Below, in pieces: positions 36,807 through 47,261 of a stretch of 64,000 nt of DNA. A program made the translations under genes and the position numbers. This stretch comes from Escherichia phage RB69: the sequence record NC_004928.1. One strand, given 5' to 3'. The notes below the pieces were generated by a model that searched no databases, had not been told where the DNA came from, and worked only from the letters and a program-made list of their open reading frames with translations. How positions within the stretch are numbered: position 1 is the stretch's first letter; each line of letters starts with the position of its first letter.

Positions 36807-38495
36807 TTATGAAACAGTCATTACAGTAAATCGTCCAACTTTGCTCATTTGAAGATGTTGTCCATAAGCTTGTGGGTCATGGTCTCTGTGACTAATTATA
36901 AACACGTTTGCATCGGTTAGAGAGTTAAGAATTGTTGAAATAGCTTTAATACCTTCAGAATCAGTCGCTGAATCCATGACTTCGTCCATAATTAATGTAT
37001 TGATTCTAACACCAGAGACCTTTTCGGCAATATCTCGCCATGTAAACAACAATGCGATATCGATACGTGCCTTTTCACCTTGACTAAATGAAGCATAACT
37101 AAACTCTTCACGGCCACGTGATTTTATAGATTCATTGAATTCTTCATCAATAGAAAACACGTAATCAGCTTCCATGATTTTAAGGTAATGGTTAATCTGC
37201 TTGTTGAACAGAGGCACATATTTTTTAATGATAGCACCTTTAATACCAGAATCTTTTAACATATCTGTGATAATACCACGATGGTATTTTTCAAGAACGA
37301 TATCCGATTTTGTTTTAATGATTTTATCAAGTTCTTTTTGAAGCAAAGCTATCTCATCGGCATGGTCGATAAATTCCGCCGAGGCTTGTTCTATTGCAGC
37401 TTTAACTTTCTTAGCTTTATCAATAGTGGCAATCATTGCTTGTTTCTTGGTACGAATATCAGATGCAAGGTCCTGTTTAGTCTTAACATTAGCTCTATAT
37501 TCGTCCACTAGGACACTCAGATTATCTCTGTGACAGGTAAGTTGCTCGAATGAGTGATTACATTCATGAAGCTTATCGGTAATCTTAGAGACAATAGGAT
37601 CACCCTGGTGCAACTGTGATGCACAAGTAGGACATGTACCACCATCATGATACATCTTAATAACTTTGTTATATGAGTCAATTTTAGATTTAATCAAGAA
37701 TGCTTCTTGTCCGATCTTGTTGAATGCCTCAGTAGGGTCTTCATCAAGAACGATATTAAGTAGTCGCTCATTAGCTTCTTCGATTTCTGCTTTTAATGAA
37801 CGAGCTTCTTTGGCTAGGTCGTCATACATATTCTGTAGACGCGCTACATTATCACCAGATAATTTCTTTTGACGTTCGATATTCTCATTATAAATCTTAA
37901 TTTGTTGGATAACACCATCTTTCTTGGCATCGAGAACTTGTCCCTGGGAATTAAGTTCTCGAACTTGAGACTTATTGATTTTATCCATTTCAGCGAGTGT
38001 GCCAACTTCTAAAAGGTCTTCGACAAGTTTTCTACGAGCAGGGGTGCTAAGAGCCATGAAAGGGGTATACCCTGCCGTCCCAAGCACAACGATTTGTTTA
38101 AAAGACGCGTATGACATTCCGATGCTACGTTCAAATTCTTCTTGGAAGTCACGACTGCTGGCAGATTCATCAAGACGAACACCGTCAACGGAGATTTCGA
38201 AAATATTGGGCTTTTGGCCACGTTTAATGAAGTATTTTTTATCATCGAATTCCATCCAAAGCTCAACTAAGAGCTCTTTCTTGTTCGTGCTATTAATGAT
38301 TTGTCCTTTCTTAACATCACGAAATGGTTTACCGAAAAGTCCGAAAGTAATGGCTTCTAACATCGTAGATTTACCACCGCCATTTTTACCAGTGATTAAT
38401 GTCTTTTGGACTTTATCTAATTGGATATCAATAGGATTCCCACCTACCGACATGATGTTTTGATAACGAACACGATTTAATTTAAATGATTTCAT
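36807..38495 (-). CDS. 46: recombination endonuclease subunit gp46 (Rad50/SbcC-like ATPase)
   Basis: 562 aa; Walker A GKNGGGKST, coiled-coil middle with CPTC hook, C-terminal signature. Confidence 0.9.
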   Translation of the reverse strand: MKSFKLNRVRYQNIMSVGGNPIDIQLDKVQKTLITGKNGGGKSTMLEAITFGLFGKPFRDVKKGQIINSTNKKELLVELWMEFDDKKYFIKRGQKPNIFEISVDGVRLDESASSRDFQEEFERSIGMSYASFKQIVVLGTAGYTPFMALSTPARRKLVEDLLEVGTLAEMDKINKSQVRELNSQGQVLDAKKDGVIQQIKIYNENIERQKKLSGDNVARLQNMYDDLAKEARSLKAEIEEANERLLNIVLDEDPTEAFNKIGQEAFLIKSKIDSYNKVIKMYHDGGTCPTCASQLHQGDPIVSKITDKLHECNHSFEQLTCHRDNLSVLVDEYRANVKTKQDLASDIRTKKQAMIATIDKAKKVKAAIEQASAEFIDHADEIALLQKELDKIIKTKSDIVLEKYHRGIITDMLKDSGIKGAIIKKYVPLFNKQINHYLKIMEADYVFSIDEEFNESIKSRGREEFSYASFSQGEKARIDIALLFTWRDIAEKVSGVRINTLIMDEVMDSATDSEGIKAISTILNSLTDANVFIISHRDHDPQAYGQHLQMSKVGRFTVMTVS

Positions 38496-38740
38496 ATGTA
38501 TTCTCTTCGAATGAAGTCCTCTACATATTTTAACATGTCATCTCTATCAGCAAAATACTCGTCTAGTTCTGCATACATAACAACACCCGGTGCGTACTCA
38601 CAGGTAACATACATTGTTCCAAAGAAACGAGGAGTTGTCTCCTCGTAATTCTCAGTCCATTCAACGATACCAATATAACCGTCACCAATACTAAATTCAT
38701 GACGATGGATTTCATAATCAGTCTTCGTCATTATACGCAT
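38492..38740 (-). CDS. hypothetical small protein (46.1 position)
   Basis: 82-aa ORF. Confidence 0.4.
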   Translation of the reverse strand: MRIMTKTDYEIHRHEFSIGDGYIGIVEWTENYEETTPRFFGTMYVTCEYAPGVVMYAELDEYFADRDDMLKYVEDFIRREYI

Positions 38741-38975
38741 CCTTGATACATGCTTCAGCCATTTTAAGAATAGAGCCAGGAGTATCGTTGTCCATTATAT
38801 TAAAGCTAAATTCAATAGCCCAGTCGGTGCAGACATGAACTGCTTTAACTTCATCGCCTTCAACGCGTAATGGCTCAATCCAATACTTGATAGTGTTCTC
38901 GAATCCATCATCATCTTTAACGTCCATTTCAACTTCAAGCCTGAGTCCAGCATTGTTAAATTCATCTAAAGTCAT
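38718..38975 (-). CDS. hypothetical small protein (46.2 position)
   Basis: 85-aa ORF. Confidence 0.4.
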   Translation of the reverse strand: MTLDEFNNAGLRLEVEMDVKDDDGFENTIKYWIEPLRVEGDEVKAVHVCTDWAIEFSFNIMDNDTPGSILKMAEACIKDAYNDED

Positions 38976-39991
38976 TGTGTTGCCTCAATATAAAGTTCGT
39001 TGGAATATTTGACCAGCGCTTCTCTGTCTTCGTCTGAGATATCTGGAATCGCGTCAATATATTCTTTAATGATATCTTGAAGTGATTTAATCTCGATTTC
39101 CTGGTCGTCATCAGATTCAACACTGTTATCAACTTTAGAAACCATACGAAGAGAGTGAACTACTTTTTCAAGTTCAGATTCAAACTTAGTCAACTCTGAA
39201 TCAATTTCTGATACTATAACACGTACGGCTAGATTGGTATAATCAGAATAATTGATTTTGCCTTTAAACGGATAAGTGATTCGTCGATGCCATGTTGTTT
39301 CATTAGGAATAAATTCCATACGTTCAACATCAGTGTCAAATACCCAGAATCCGCGCGGGTCGTTCTCATCACCTGCAGTAAGAGTCCATGGTGTCCCAAT
39401 ATATTTGACGTTAGCAGCTTCAGAGATTGTGTGGAAGTGGCCGGACCAGACTTGTTTATAAGTCTTTAAGAAATCAGGTTCAAGCCCATGAGACTTCATC
39501 CCTTTATAGAAATAAAAGCCATTCAGTTCCCAATGACCAACACAATACGCGGCAGAAGAAGTCTTGATGTGCTCTAAGATTTCACCTGTATTTTCTTCAC
39601 ACATCCATGGAACGATATCAATCAGACATCCGTCAAAATCTACAGTAGTTGGATGCTCGTAAATAGTAAAGTTTTCAAATTGAGTTAACAATTCAGAAAC
39701 AGTGTTAGGTGTTATTGTATTCTTAAACGCCATGTCATGGTTTCCTATCGTGACATGAACGTGAATACCTGCTTTAGAAATCATATCAACGATTTCACGA
39801 TTGAATTCCATTGTACGATGTGTTATTGCTTTACGGACATCAAACCAATCGCCGTACTGAATCCAAGTTTTAATCCCGTGTTTCTTAGAGTATTCAATTG
39901 CTTGACGAATACCATCACGTTGAATATCTTGAACCCATGGGTCGTCTTGTTTGACTCCGATATGGAAGTCGCCTAAGTGCAAAATTTTCAT
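38972..39991 (-). CDS. 47: recombination nuclease gp47 (Mre11/SbcD-like)
   Basis: 339 aa; phosphoesterase motifs LHLGDFH and GNHD. Confidence 0.9.
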   Translation of the reverse strand: MKILHLGDFHIGVKQDDPWVQDIQRDGIRQAIEYSKKHGIKTWIQYGDWFDVRKAITHRTMEFNREIVDMISKAGIHVHVTIGNHDMAFKNTITPNTVSELLTQFENFTIYEHPTTVDFDGCLIDIVPWMCEENTGEILEHIKTSSAAYCVGHWELNGFYFYKGMKSHGLEPDFLKTYKQVWSGHFHTISEAANVKYIGTPWTLTAGDENDPRGFWVFDTDVERMEFIPNETTWHRRITYPFKGKINYSDYTNLAVRVIVSEIDSELTKFESELEKVVHSLRMVSKVDNSVESDDDQEIEIKSLQDIIKEYIDAIPDISDEDREALVKYSNELYIEATQ

Positions 39992-40014
39992 ATTATTTCC
40001 TCATTAGTTAATTC

Positions 40015-40039
40015 ATTTTATCATCCGTTTATAAAGCAA
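40015..40039 (-). promoter_or_regulatory. T4 middle-type promoter (MotA box TGCTTTA, 11 nt, TAAAAT) upstream of gene 47
   Basis: minus strand tttttGCTTTAtaaacggatgaTAAAAT then GAGGA and ATG. Confidence 0.5.
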
Positions 40040-40062
40040 AAAAGGAACTCCGAAGAGTTCCT
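40035..40062 (-). terminator. Intrinsic terminator with UUCG tetraloop
   Basis: aggaactc-cgaa-gagttcct followed by UUUUUGCUUU on the minus-strand RNA. Confidence 0.6.
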
Positions 40063-40234
40063 ATCCACATAGTACACCGTACAGAGGCTCATTTGAACTT
40101 TTAAATCGAATGGGCTTGTATGTAATAGTTCCTTCGGCTTTAGCTTTATCATAAGACTCTTTAAAACGTCTCGTTCTTTCTGCTTTGCCTTTACGGATTT
40201 TATCGAAATTTTCAGAGGTCAGGTCGTTCGTCAT
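40061..40234 (-). CDS. hypothetical small protein
   Basis: 57 aa translated by hand (MTNDLTSENFDKIRKGKAERTRRFKESYDKAKAEG...); its stop lies inside the terminator stem. Confidence 0.35.
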   Translation of the reverse strand: MTNDLTSENFDKIRKGKAERTRRFKESYDKAKAEGTITYKPIRFKSSNEPLYGVLCG

Positions 40235-40273
40235 GCATAATTATCTCTCAGAAAATACCTAAACCGATTTCTC

Positions 40274-40495
40274 TCATCGTTTCCACCATTTCTTAACTTG
40301 AAATGAATCAACCCACACGAGTTGTTTTGGGTCTGCCTTTACAATAGGCGGACAAATTTCTGTAATAGAACCGTCGTGATATTCCTTTTCAGAAATTTTA
40401 ACACAAAGAGGACCTCCCAATTTAAGGGTGAACCCTGCGTTCAGCTTCAGACGTTTAAACTTTGTTTGAACTAGCGCCATTAATGATGTCCTCAA
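40274..40495 (-). CDS. hypothetical small protein
   Basis: 73-aa ORF. Confidence 0.4.
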   Translation of the reverse strand: MRTSLMALVQTKFKRLKLNAGFTLKLGGPLCVKISEKEYHDGSITEICPPIVKADPKQLVWVDSFQVKKWWKR

Positions 40496-40778
40496 TAGCT
40501 TGACGAGTAGTAACCCACTGGATTTTAATTAACTTGTCATTGTATGGTTGTCGTAGAATATCCCGAGATTTCTTAATAGCATATTCGTAAGCTTCGAAGT
40601 TGTTTTGAATTGCTGCTTCTTGAGCATGAGCATAAAGACGGTTTAGTTCAAAACGATTCTTTTTAAGAATCTTTTCGGATTTTTTACGTGCTTCAGCTTC
40701 ATTTTTCTTTTGGATTTCTTGTAGCATTTTAGCTACTGCATCTTCTGCTTCTTTATTTTCAATAATCTCGGTAGTCAT
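40455..40778 (-). CDS. hypothetical protein
   Basis: 107-aa ORF. Confidence 0.4.
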   Translation of the reverse strand: MTTEIIENKEAEDAVAKMLQEIQKKNEAEARKKSEKILKKNRFELNRLYAHAQEAAIQNNFEAYEYAIKKSRDILRQPYNDKLIKIQWVTTRQAIEDIINGASSNKV

Positions 40779-40779
40779 A

Positions 40780-40995
40780 TTATCTCATTAAATTAAAATA
40801 AAAACGTCCATCCTCTTCAATACAGAACTCGTACTCAACTGGAGTCCCATTTATTGAAAATGACACGTCATGCGGGTTCAAAGGGTCGATGTCAAAATTA
40901 ATTTTAAATTCACGACCCAACAGTTTTACCAAATAAGGGATTGCTTCGTCAAAAGGTTCTTCTAAGTAGTTAGAGATGTCAATTGTCATCCTCAT
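40780..40995 (-). CDS. hypothetical small protein
   Basis: ORF track extends to 41073 and overlaps gene 55; internal Met27 start assumed. Confidence 0.35.
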   Translation of the reverse strand: MRMTIDISNYLEEPFDEAIPYLVKLLGREFKINFDIDPLNPHDVSFSINGTPVEYEFCIEEDGRFYFNLMR

Positions 40996-41554
40996 ATAAA
41001 AAATCCAAACTAGGCGAATCGCTAACAACTTCCTTCTTTTCAGCCCCAGGAGCTTTATAAGCGGATTCTTCATAATGCGTCATTTTATCGTAGATGTCTT
41101 GAATAAACGTTTCATCTACCAACGCTACCATATCATCGTCATGACTGTCGTAGACATTATGAACGAAGTAACTATATTTCTTTGCAACTTCCTTACGTTC
41201 TTTTTTGATACGTTGGACAAAAGCATTAAAACAAGCTCGAGTTATGTATGCATGTGGGTTATTGTACTTAGTTTCGTCGAAATTATGAAGTCCCTTAATA
41301 GAGGCTTCAATCCCATCTGCAATCATCTCCTGCTTCCAAGACTGGGTATATCCTGAAAAGTTGAAACGTTTGGACAGGCCTTCGGCGATAAGCATAATTG
41401 CTAAACCGATGGTATCATTCTGACGAATAATTTTGTTTGGGTCTTTATTATTTAAGAGCTCCTTTTTCCACTCGATTATCCCGGCGAGAAGCTCTTTATT
41501 ATTCACATAGTTATTTTTAGGTTTTTGTTCAGTCATAAGTACCTCTTGGCTCAA
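40979..41554 (-). CDS. 55: late-transcription sigma factor gp55
   Basis: 191 aa; near-colinear with T4 gp55 (NYVNNKELL...[30 protein letters not shown]). Confidence 0.9.
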   Translation of the reverse strand: MSQEVLMTEQKPKNNYVNNKELLAGIIEWKKELLNNKDPNKIIRQNDTIGLAIMLIAEGLSKRFNFSGYTQSWKQEMIADGIEASIKGLHNFDETKYNNPHAYITRACFNAFVQRIKKERKEVAKKYSYFVHNVYDSHDDDMVALVDETFIQDIYDKMTHYEESAYKAPGAEKKEVVSDSPSLDFLYEDDN

Positions 41555-41608
41555 TTCATAGGTCTATTATATCATAATATTTAGAGACCTATCTTAAAGC
41601 ACGAGATA

Positions 41609-41878
41609 CTATCGGAGCAAACAATAAGCCCGAAACACTTTTTCCATTGAACGTTTGAACTCATTGATATCGATATAAAGCTCAGTAAGACCGGCATTAT
41701 AAAGAAAATCTAAAAAGTTCTCATGTGTTTCGTTATAGTCGCCTTCGTTTAATTGAGATACATGAGTTTCCCAAAAACCAACACCTTTAACGAATGGAAA
41801 ATACGTGACTTTCATGTATTCGTCAACATAAAATTCGCCCAGCTTTTCTTCAGTTATACTGATTCGAGTTAATTTCAT
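41609..41878 (-). CDS. hypothetical protein
   Basis: 89-aa ORF. Confidence 0.4.
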   Translation of the reverse strand: MKLTRISITEEKLGEFYVDEYMKVTYFPFVKGVGFWETHVSQLNEGDYNETHENFLDFLYNAGLTELYIDINEFKRSMEKVFRAYCLLR

Positions 41879-42102
41879 TCTATTTCCTTTGCTGCTTCAA
41901 GAGCAGCATCCAGCGAATCAAATTGGTCGACGAAATCAATATTCAACGCATCGTCAACCGTAGCATATAACCACCATTGTTTGAATTCATATTCTAGGAT
42001 AAATCCAGGCCCTTCAATCTGAGGAAGACCTAGGCTATTTGTACCAACTTCGTAACCAGCTAGACGCAGGTCATTAATCAAAGTTTCTGTTAATACGCTC
42101 AT
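41875..42102 (-). CDS. hypothetical protein
   Basis: 75-aa ORF. Confidence 0.4.
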   Translation of the reverse strand: MSVLTETLINDLRLAGYEVGTNSLGLPQIEGPGFILEYEFKQWWLYATVDDALNIDFVDQFDSLDAALEAAKEIE

Positions 42103-42482
42103 TTTACCGCCTTAACAATTTTCAAGTCAGCGAATTTTTTCTTACGTTGATTTTTCATACTACGGATAGTCTTTTCAGAGATTTCATGTTTCTGATAAGC
42201 TTTAGATTCAACACCAAATGCAGCACCGTCAAATTCAGAAAGAATATATTGTACTCGAATTTCACGAATAGAATTACGTCCAATTTTCTGGTCCGTGTTT
42301 TTGCATGATTTCCATAAAGACGGAAATTCCCACGCGTCAAGAACTTGAGGAGTAACAATATTGCCAGATTCCAGAAGAGCAACAACTTTATCGAAAGCGA
42401 AAGAATTAACTACGCTTTTGATTTTAGTAGACATATTATTTTCCTCGGTTATTTTATTATCCAACGAGAGAATTATACTCAT
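42099..42482 (-). CDS. hypothetical protein
   Basis: 127-aa ORF. Confidence 0.45.
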   Translation of the reverse strand: MSIILSLDNKITEENNMSTKIKSVVNSFAFDKVVALLESGNIVTPQVLDAWEFPSLWKSCKNTDQKIGRNSIREIRVQYILSEFDGAAFGVESKAYQKHEISEKTIRSMKNQRKKKFADLKIVKAVK

Positions 42483-42500
42483 CTCTCGAGAGTTTGTATA

Positions 42501-42740
42501 CTATTTTTGAAGCATGGAAAGTAAGTAATTTGTATCACGTGGAGTAATATCAACACCCATATCAAAGATGCCTTTATAGATTGGGTATTTGTTTTCGGTT
42601 GTATGGAAGCTGAAACTATTTCCATCACAACTAACAGTAATAGCATCTGTTAAAATGTCATACTCAATCCTAACAATTGAATCCCCAATTTTAACGTCGA
42701 GGTGTTTTTTGAATTTGATAAAATCTAATTCTTGGGCCAT
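42501..42740 (-). CDS. hypothetical protein
   Basis: 79-aa ORF. Confidence 0.4.
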   Translation of the reverse strand: MAQELDFIKFKKHLDVKIGDSIVRIEYDILTDAITVSCDGNSFSFHTTENKYPIYKGIFDMGVDITPRDTNYLLSMLQK

Positions 42741-43018
42741 GATATTTTCCTCATTTTAAGACGATAGGAAGATAATAACATGTCTTCCCTATCGTTGTAC
42801 ATTATTAACCGAACTTTTTTGGCGCCTTTCCAGCCTTCGTACATAACTGCACAAGTCAGTAGTACAGCGTGCTGGCATTCTTTGTATTTGTAAATCCAGA
42901 ACCAGCGTAAGAAGTCTTCATCCTCAACGCCGGTGGATTTCATATTGGCAAAGAATTCGGCACGTTCTTCACGAAGCTTTTGCGATAACATAGATTCAGG
43001 ATTCATTTTGTGTTCCAC
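42725..43018 (-). CDS. hypothetical protein
   Basis: 97-aa ORF. Confidence 0.4.
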   Translation of the reverse strand: MEHKMNPESMLSQKLREERAEFFANMKSTGVEDEDFLRWFWIYKYKECQHAVLLTCAVMYEGWKGAKKVRLIMYNDREDMLLSSYRLKMRKISWPKN

Positions 43019-43137
43019 ACCCCATTTTCATCGATGAACTTAATCCAGTCATTTACAGACCATTTAGTTGTATCACCCTTTGGATTAACATTTAAAGTAT
43101 ATAATCCCTGCTTAAAAAGCATTCGTTTGATATTCAT
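43003..43137 (-). CDS. hypothetical small protein
   Basis: ORF track 43003..43230; internal Met32 start preceded by GAGGA avoids overlap with the upstream gene. Confidence 0.3.
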   Translation of the reverse strand: MNIKRMLFKQGLYTLNVNPKGDTTKWSVNDWIKFIDENGVWNTK

Positions 43138-43144
43138 AATTTCC

Positions 43145-43438
43145 TCAACTGTAACGATAACATTCGTTAGCTTTACGTTTGGCTTCAGTATGAGAAGTAT
43201 TATAATCATAATCTTCTTTACTGTAAACATCTTTTTTCAACTTACGAACTTCTTTGCGGAGTTGTCGATTCATTTCATTCTTGACTTCAGAATCAACGCC
43301 TTTCATACGTTTCCATTTATCTGAGCGGAAAATGTTTTCAACCATGTCTTTGTGGCTAACACCGTCAGGAGCTTTACGTTTACCAATGTAATAAAAATCT
43401 TTAGAAGACAAATCTTTACGACGATACGTTTTACCCAT
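43145..43438 (-). CDS. hypothetical basic protein
   Basis: ORF track 43145..43489; internal start Met18 assumed. Confidence 0.4.
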   Translation of the reverse strand: MGKTYRRKDLSSKDFYYIGKRKAPDGVSHKDMVENIFRSDKWKRMKGVDSEVKNEMNRQLRKEVRKLKKDVYSKEDYDYNTSHTEAKRKANECYRYS

Positions 43439-43445
43439 AAGTACC

Positions 43446-43694
43446 TCAGAGATTGATTTCAATGATACGTTTGATATACTGCACATCACTTACTGAAAGG
43501 TCTTTAAGACCAATTGATTCTAAACGTTGTGCAAATGTTAACATATGGGTGAAGTCCAATTGCGTTTTAGTCATTTGATAAGTGTGAATGCCATTAGCAA
43601 ATTCAACCTTCAAATCGTTAATGGTGACGAAAATCATTCGTTCATCATTCATGTTAAGAACTAGAACAACTTTCTTTGAGTCTAAACTAATCAT
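43446..43694 (-). CDS. hypothetical protein
   Basis: 82-aa ORF. Confidence 0.4.
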   Translation of the reverse strand: MISLDSKKVVLVLNMNDERMIFVTINDLKVEFANGIHTYQMTKTQLDFTHMLTFAQRLESIGLKDLSVSDVQYIKRIIEINL

Positions 43695-43873
43695 AGTTTA
43701 ATTTCCTTCGCAATTGAACAGAAGATGCCACGGTCACAAATCATTTCACCGATTCCAGGATACTTGATTGAGCGATACCAAACATCTAGAGTTGAAACTT
43801 TGGTTATTATAATAACATTGCCGTTAACGGAATAATACTGATCAACCTTAATTTCTTTATCTTCAATTGTCAT
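43691..43873 (-). CDS. hypothetical small protein
   Basis: ORF track 43691..44035; likely start Met55 after AGGAGAA. Confidence 0.35.
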   Translation of the reverse strand: MTIEDKEIKVDQYYSVNGNVIIITKVSTLDVWYRSIKYPGIGEMICDRGIFCSIAKEIKL

Positions 43874-44088
43874 TTTGTTTTCCTCTGTGGTAGATGATGC
43901 TAATCTTAACATATCTATCGAGGATGTAAACTGTTTTATGAAAATATTTTTGATTTGAGAGGGGCACAAGGAGATAGTGAAGTGAAGATTCCAATGGATT
44001 ATATTAGAAATGAGATAAAGAAGACCAGGCGGCACCTGGTCAATCTTCTATGATATCAGAGTCGTATCCTAATGAAATCAAGGACTTT

Positions 44089-44361
44089 TTAAACTCTGCA
44101 ATATCTTTGTTTCTTATCATTTAAAAATATGACAGGATAACGAATATTAAGTGAAGTGAATCCTGCACGTTTAGCAAGAGATACGATTAAAGGACGGTCA
44201 TATTCAATCTTACCATTATTAGTGAGGACTTTATAAAATGTATAAGGAGCATTGAGCTCCTTTAAAAGTTTTGTAACAGTATAACATCCTGGACAACGTC
44301 CAACTTCTTCAGGGATGCCATATATTTCAATCTTGTTCTTTAAGTTCGAGTTTTGTTCCAC
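44089..44361 (-). CDS. nrdH: thioredoxin-fold glutaredoxin-like protein (NrdH-like)
   Basis: CPGC active site after a short beta-strand (KIEIYGIP); no in-frame ATG, so GTG start at 44361 assumed. Confidence 0.45.
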   Translation of the reverse strand: MEQNSNLKNKIEIYGIPEEVGRCPGCYTVTKLLKELNAPYTFYKVLTNNGKIEYDRPLIVSLAKRAGFTSLNIRYPVIFLNDKKQRYCRV

Positions 44362-44644
44362 GAGAAATAATTCCTTGGTAAGCCCAATAAGGAGGATTAA
44401 CAGAATCCTCACCAGAGTTTTCTTCAGGAAAATAAACCTGGATAACAAATCCAGATGCATCAAAGGTAAAATAAACCGTAGGCAGTTCACCTAACAATTC
44501 GGCACGAGCATTAATTTCTTCGAGATCCCGTTCACGTCCAGCCCAAAAACTAGGATTTAGATTACATTCGTAAAAATAATAGTCATTACCGAACATATCA
44601 AACCCCTTCCAACTCTCTACCACATACCGCTCAAAACTAATCAT
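44327..44644 (-). CDS. hypothetical protein
   Basis: 105-aa ORF. Confidence 0.4.
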   Translation of the reverse strand: MISFERYVVESWKGFDMFGNDYYFYECNLNPSFWAGRERDLEEINARAELLGELPTVYFTFDASGFVIQVYFPEENSGEDSVNPPYWAYQGIISRGTKLELKEQD

Positions 44645-44646
44645 AA

Positions 44647-44862
44647 TTAAGCCTTTTTATCAAGAACAGAATTCAGTTTATTAGTAATTTTGTCCAAACG
44701 TTCATTGAATTCGCTGGAGGATAAACCCTTTTCCGGAGAAATTAAACTAATCACGAAAAATACACCAGTAAAAGGAATAAGAAAAATAGCTCCAACTGCC
44801 ATAAACAGAAAGAATGTTACAGTTGTAAGAAAATCAGCTAAACCTTTACGAAATTTATACAT
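44647..44862 (-). CDS. small membrane protein
   Basis: 71 aa, hydrophobic. Confidence 0.4.
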   Translation of the reverse strand: MYKFRKGLADFLTTVTFFLFMAVGAIFLIPFTGVFFVISLISPEKGLSSSEFNERLDKITNKLNSVLDKKA

Positions 44863-44976
44863 ATTTACCCTTAATTAATTAACCAAACATTGATAAGCAC
44901 TAAACTATATTGCGAATAAAATTCTGGGCCAAAATGAAAAATCATATCATTTATAGTGTCCATAATGTAATTCAAT

Positions 44977-45447
44977 TTAATCATGTTTCCACACCCCATC
45001 GGTATTTGACCAAAGTCGCTGATTATCTGATCCTCGCCATAGCTTTTTGGTCGGAAGATTTTTCTCATACTTCCCATCAATAATAACATCAACATATTTA
45101 AGCATTTCTAGTTGTTTAATATCTTCAAACTTGTATCCTGTCCACAACCAAATGCTTTTATTGGGATAAAGATTTTTTACTGTTTGAGCAATGCAATGAA
45201 TAACATCTCGATTGTCAGGATAGAGAGGGTCACCTCCGGTTATAGTCAATCCTTCTATATAATCGTTATTCAAACATTCAATTAATTGTTCTAGTGTTTC
45301 ACCAGTGAATGGAACACCATTTCTAGCATTCCATGTTGATTTATTATAACACCCTTCACATTTATGCAAACAACCTGTAACGAAAAGAACGACCCTACAA
45401 CCAGGGCCATTCACAAAATCGCAAGGATAAAATCTATCATAATTCAT
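44977..45447 (-). CDS. nrdG: anaerobic ribonucleotide reductase activating protein NrdG (radical SAM)
   Basis: 156 aa; CLHKCEGC cluster. Confidence 0.85.
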   Translation of the reverse strand: MNYDRFYPCDFVNGPGCRVVLFVTGCLHKCEGCYNKSTWNARNGVPFTGETLEQLIECLNNDYIEGLTITGGDPLYPDNRDVIHCIAQTVKNLYPNKSIWLWTGYKFEDIKQLEMLKYVDVIIDGKYEKNLPTKKLWRGSDNQRLWSNTDGVWKHD

Positions 45448-47261
45448 TGGTGTTTAACCCTATGCATGATTTCTTTATTTTTACCGAGATTAAATCCGCG
45501 TTCGTTCGGATTTCCCAAATAACCGCATGTTCTTCTTATGGTGTTCATCTTTTTAGGATCAGTTTCTCCACAAATAGAACAAACAAATCCGGTTTCAGTA
45601 GGAGTCATTTCATGGGTACTTCCGCATGTAAAACATTTATCTACTGGCATATTAACACCAAAATAATCTAAATGTTGTGCAGCATAATCCCACACGGCCT
45701 CAAGACCTTTTAAGTTATTTTTCATATCAGGAAGTTCAACATAAGAAATGTGACCACCTGTCGCAATGAAATGATATGGCGCTTCACGAGAAATCTTTTC
45801 AAACGGAGTAATATTTTCTTCTACTGAAACATGGAAACTATTAGTGTACCAGCCTTTATCAGTAACATCCTTTACACTTCCATATTTTTCTGTATCAAGT
45901 TTACAGAAGCGATAACAAAGGTTTTCAGCAGGTGTAGAATACAAGCTAAAAGCAAACCCAGTTCTTTCAGTCCATTGTTTAAGAAGAGCATTCATTTTAG
46001 TTAAAATTTCTTGTCCAATATCACGACCGACAAGAATATTCAATTCGTGAATACCAATGTATCCTAGGGACACTGAACTTCTACCATTTTTAAATAACTC
46101 AATTATGTCATCATCAGGTTTAAGACGAACCCCGAATGCACCTTCTTGGTAAAGAATAGGAGCAACAGTAGCTTTAACTCCTTTTAAGGAACTAATTCTA
46201 CACATCAAAGCTTCAAAACACAGGTCCATTCGCTCATCGAACAATTCAGTAAATTTCTGTTCATTGAACTGTGTTCCAATATAAGAATCTAACGCAATAC
46301 GAGGAAGATTCAGTGTTACAACGCCAAGATTATTGCGTCCATCAAGAATTTCATTGCCAGTTGAATCTTTCCATATGCTCAAGAAACTACGGCAACCCAT
46401 TGGAGAAACAGGAACTGAAGAACCGGTAATAGCTTTATTATTCTTAACCGAAATAATGTCAGGATACATTCTTTTGCTTGCGCACTCTAACGCAAGTTGT
46501 TTAATATCATAGTTCGGATCATCTTTATAAAGATTAACACCTTCTTCAACAAACATAACAAGTTTAGGAAAAATAGGAGTTATTCCATCACGACCAAGAC
46601 CTTTAATGCGGTTTTTAAGAATTGCTTTCTGAATCATTCGTTCAGTCCAGTCAGTTCCCGTACCAAATGTAATTGTTACAAAAGGCGTTTGTCCGTTTGA
46701 ACTAAAGAGAGTATTTACTTCATATTCATAAGCTTGGAATGCATCGTATACGTCTTTTTCTGTTTTAGACTGGGCATAATTCAACGCATCAGCGATTTGC
46801 CATTTTTCTGCATCCTCAATATGTTTTGCATAGGTGCGTTTAACATAAGGAGAAAGTACTTTATCTACATTAGCAAAAGTCGTTCCGCCGTATTGATGGG
46901 AAGCAACCTGTGCAGTAATTTGTGCCATAATTGCAGTAGCAACGCCAATAGATTTAGGCGTTTCAATTTGAGCATTGCCTAATTTAAATCCATTCTCAAG
47001 CATCCCCTTTAAATCGACTAAACAGCAATTGGTAAACGGAAGAGCAGGAGAATAATCAATATCATGCATGTGAATGATTCCGCTTTCATGCGCATGCATA
47101 ATAAAAGACGGGACCATATTTTTGGCAATGTGCTTAGACACAATACCAGCCATAAGGTCCCGTTGAGTTGGAAAAACACGAGAATCTTTATTAGCATTCT
47201 CGTTCAAAAGATCTTTATTAGTTTTATAAATTAATCCTTCAATTTCTTTTTCAATTTTCAT
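45444..47261 (-). CDS. nrdD: anaerobic ribonucleoside-triphosphate reductase NrdD, uninterrupted
   Basis: 605 aa; glycyl-radical motif RRTCGYLG near the C-terminus; continuous ORF, no intron. Confidence 0.9.
   Translation of the reverse strand: MKIEKEIEGLIYKTNKDLLNENANKDSRVFPTQRDLMAGIVSKHIAKNMVPSFIMHAHESGIIHMHDIDYSPALPFTNCCLVDLKGMLENGFKLGNAQIETPKSIGVATAIMAQITAQVASHQYGGTTFANVDKVLSPYVKRTYAKHIEDAEKWQIADALNYAQSKTEKDVYDAFQAYEYEVNTLFSSNGQTPFVTITFGTGTDWTERMIQKAILKNRIKGLGRDGITPIFPKLVMFVEEGVNLYKDDPNYDIKQLALECASKRMYPDIISVKNNKAITGSSVPVSPMGCRSFLSIWKDSTGNEILDGRNNLGVVTLNLPRIALDSYIGTQFNEQKFTELFDERMDLCFEALMCRISSLKGVKATVAPILYQEGAFGVRLKPDDDIIELFKNGRSSVSLGYIGIHELNILVGRDIGQEILTKMNALLKQWTERTGFAFSLYSTPAENLCYRFCKLDTEKYGSVKDVTDKGWYTNSFHVSVEENITPFEKISREAPYHFIATGGHISYVELPDMKNNLKGLEAVWDYAAQHLDYFGVNMPVDKCFTCGSTHEMTPTETGFVCSICGETDPKKMNTIRRTCGYLGNPNERGFNLGKNKEIMHRVKHQ

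Noticed and set aside
44871-45095. 74-aa minus-strand ORF overlapping the 3-prime end of nrdG
   Set aside because: Alternative frame of the nrdG coding sequence; nrdG is supported by its radical-SAM cysteine cluster.
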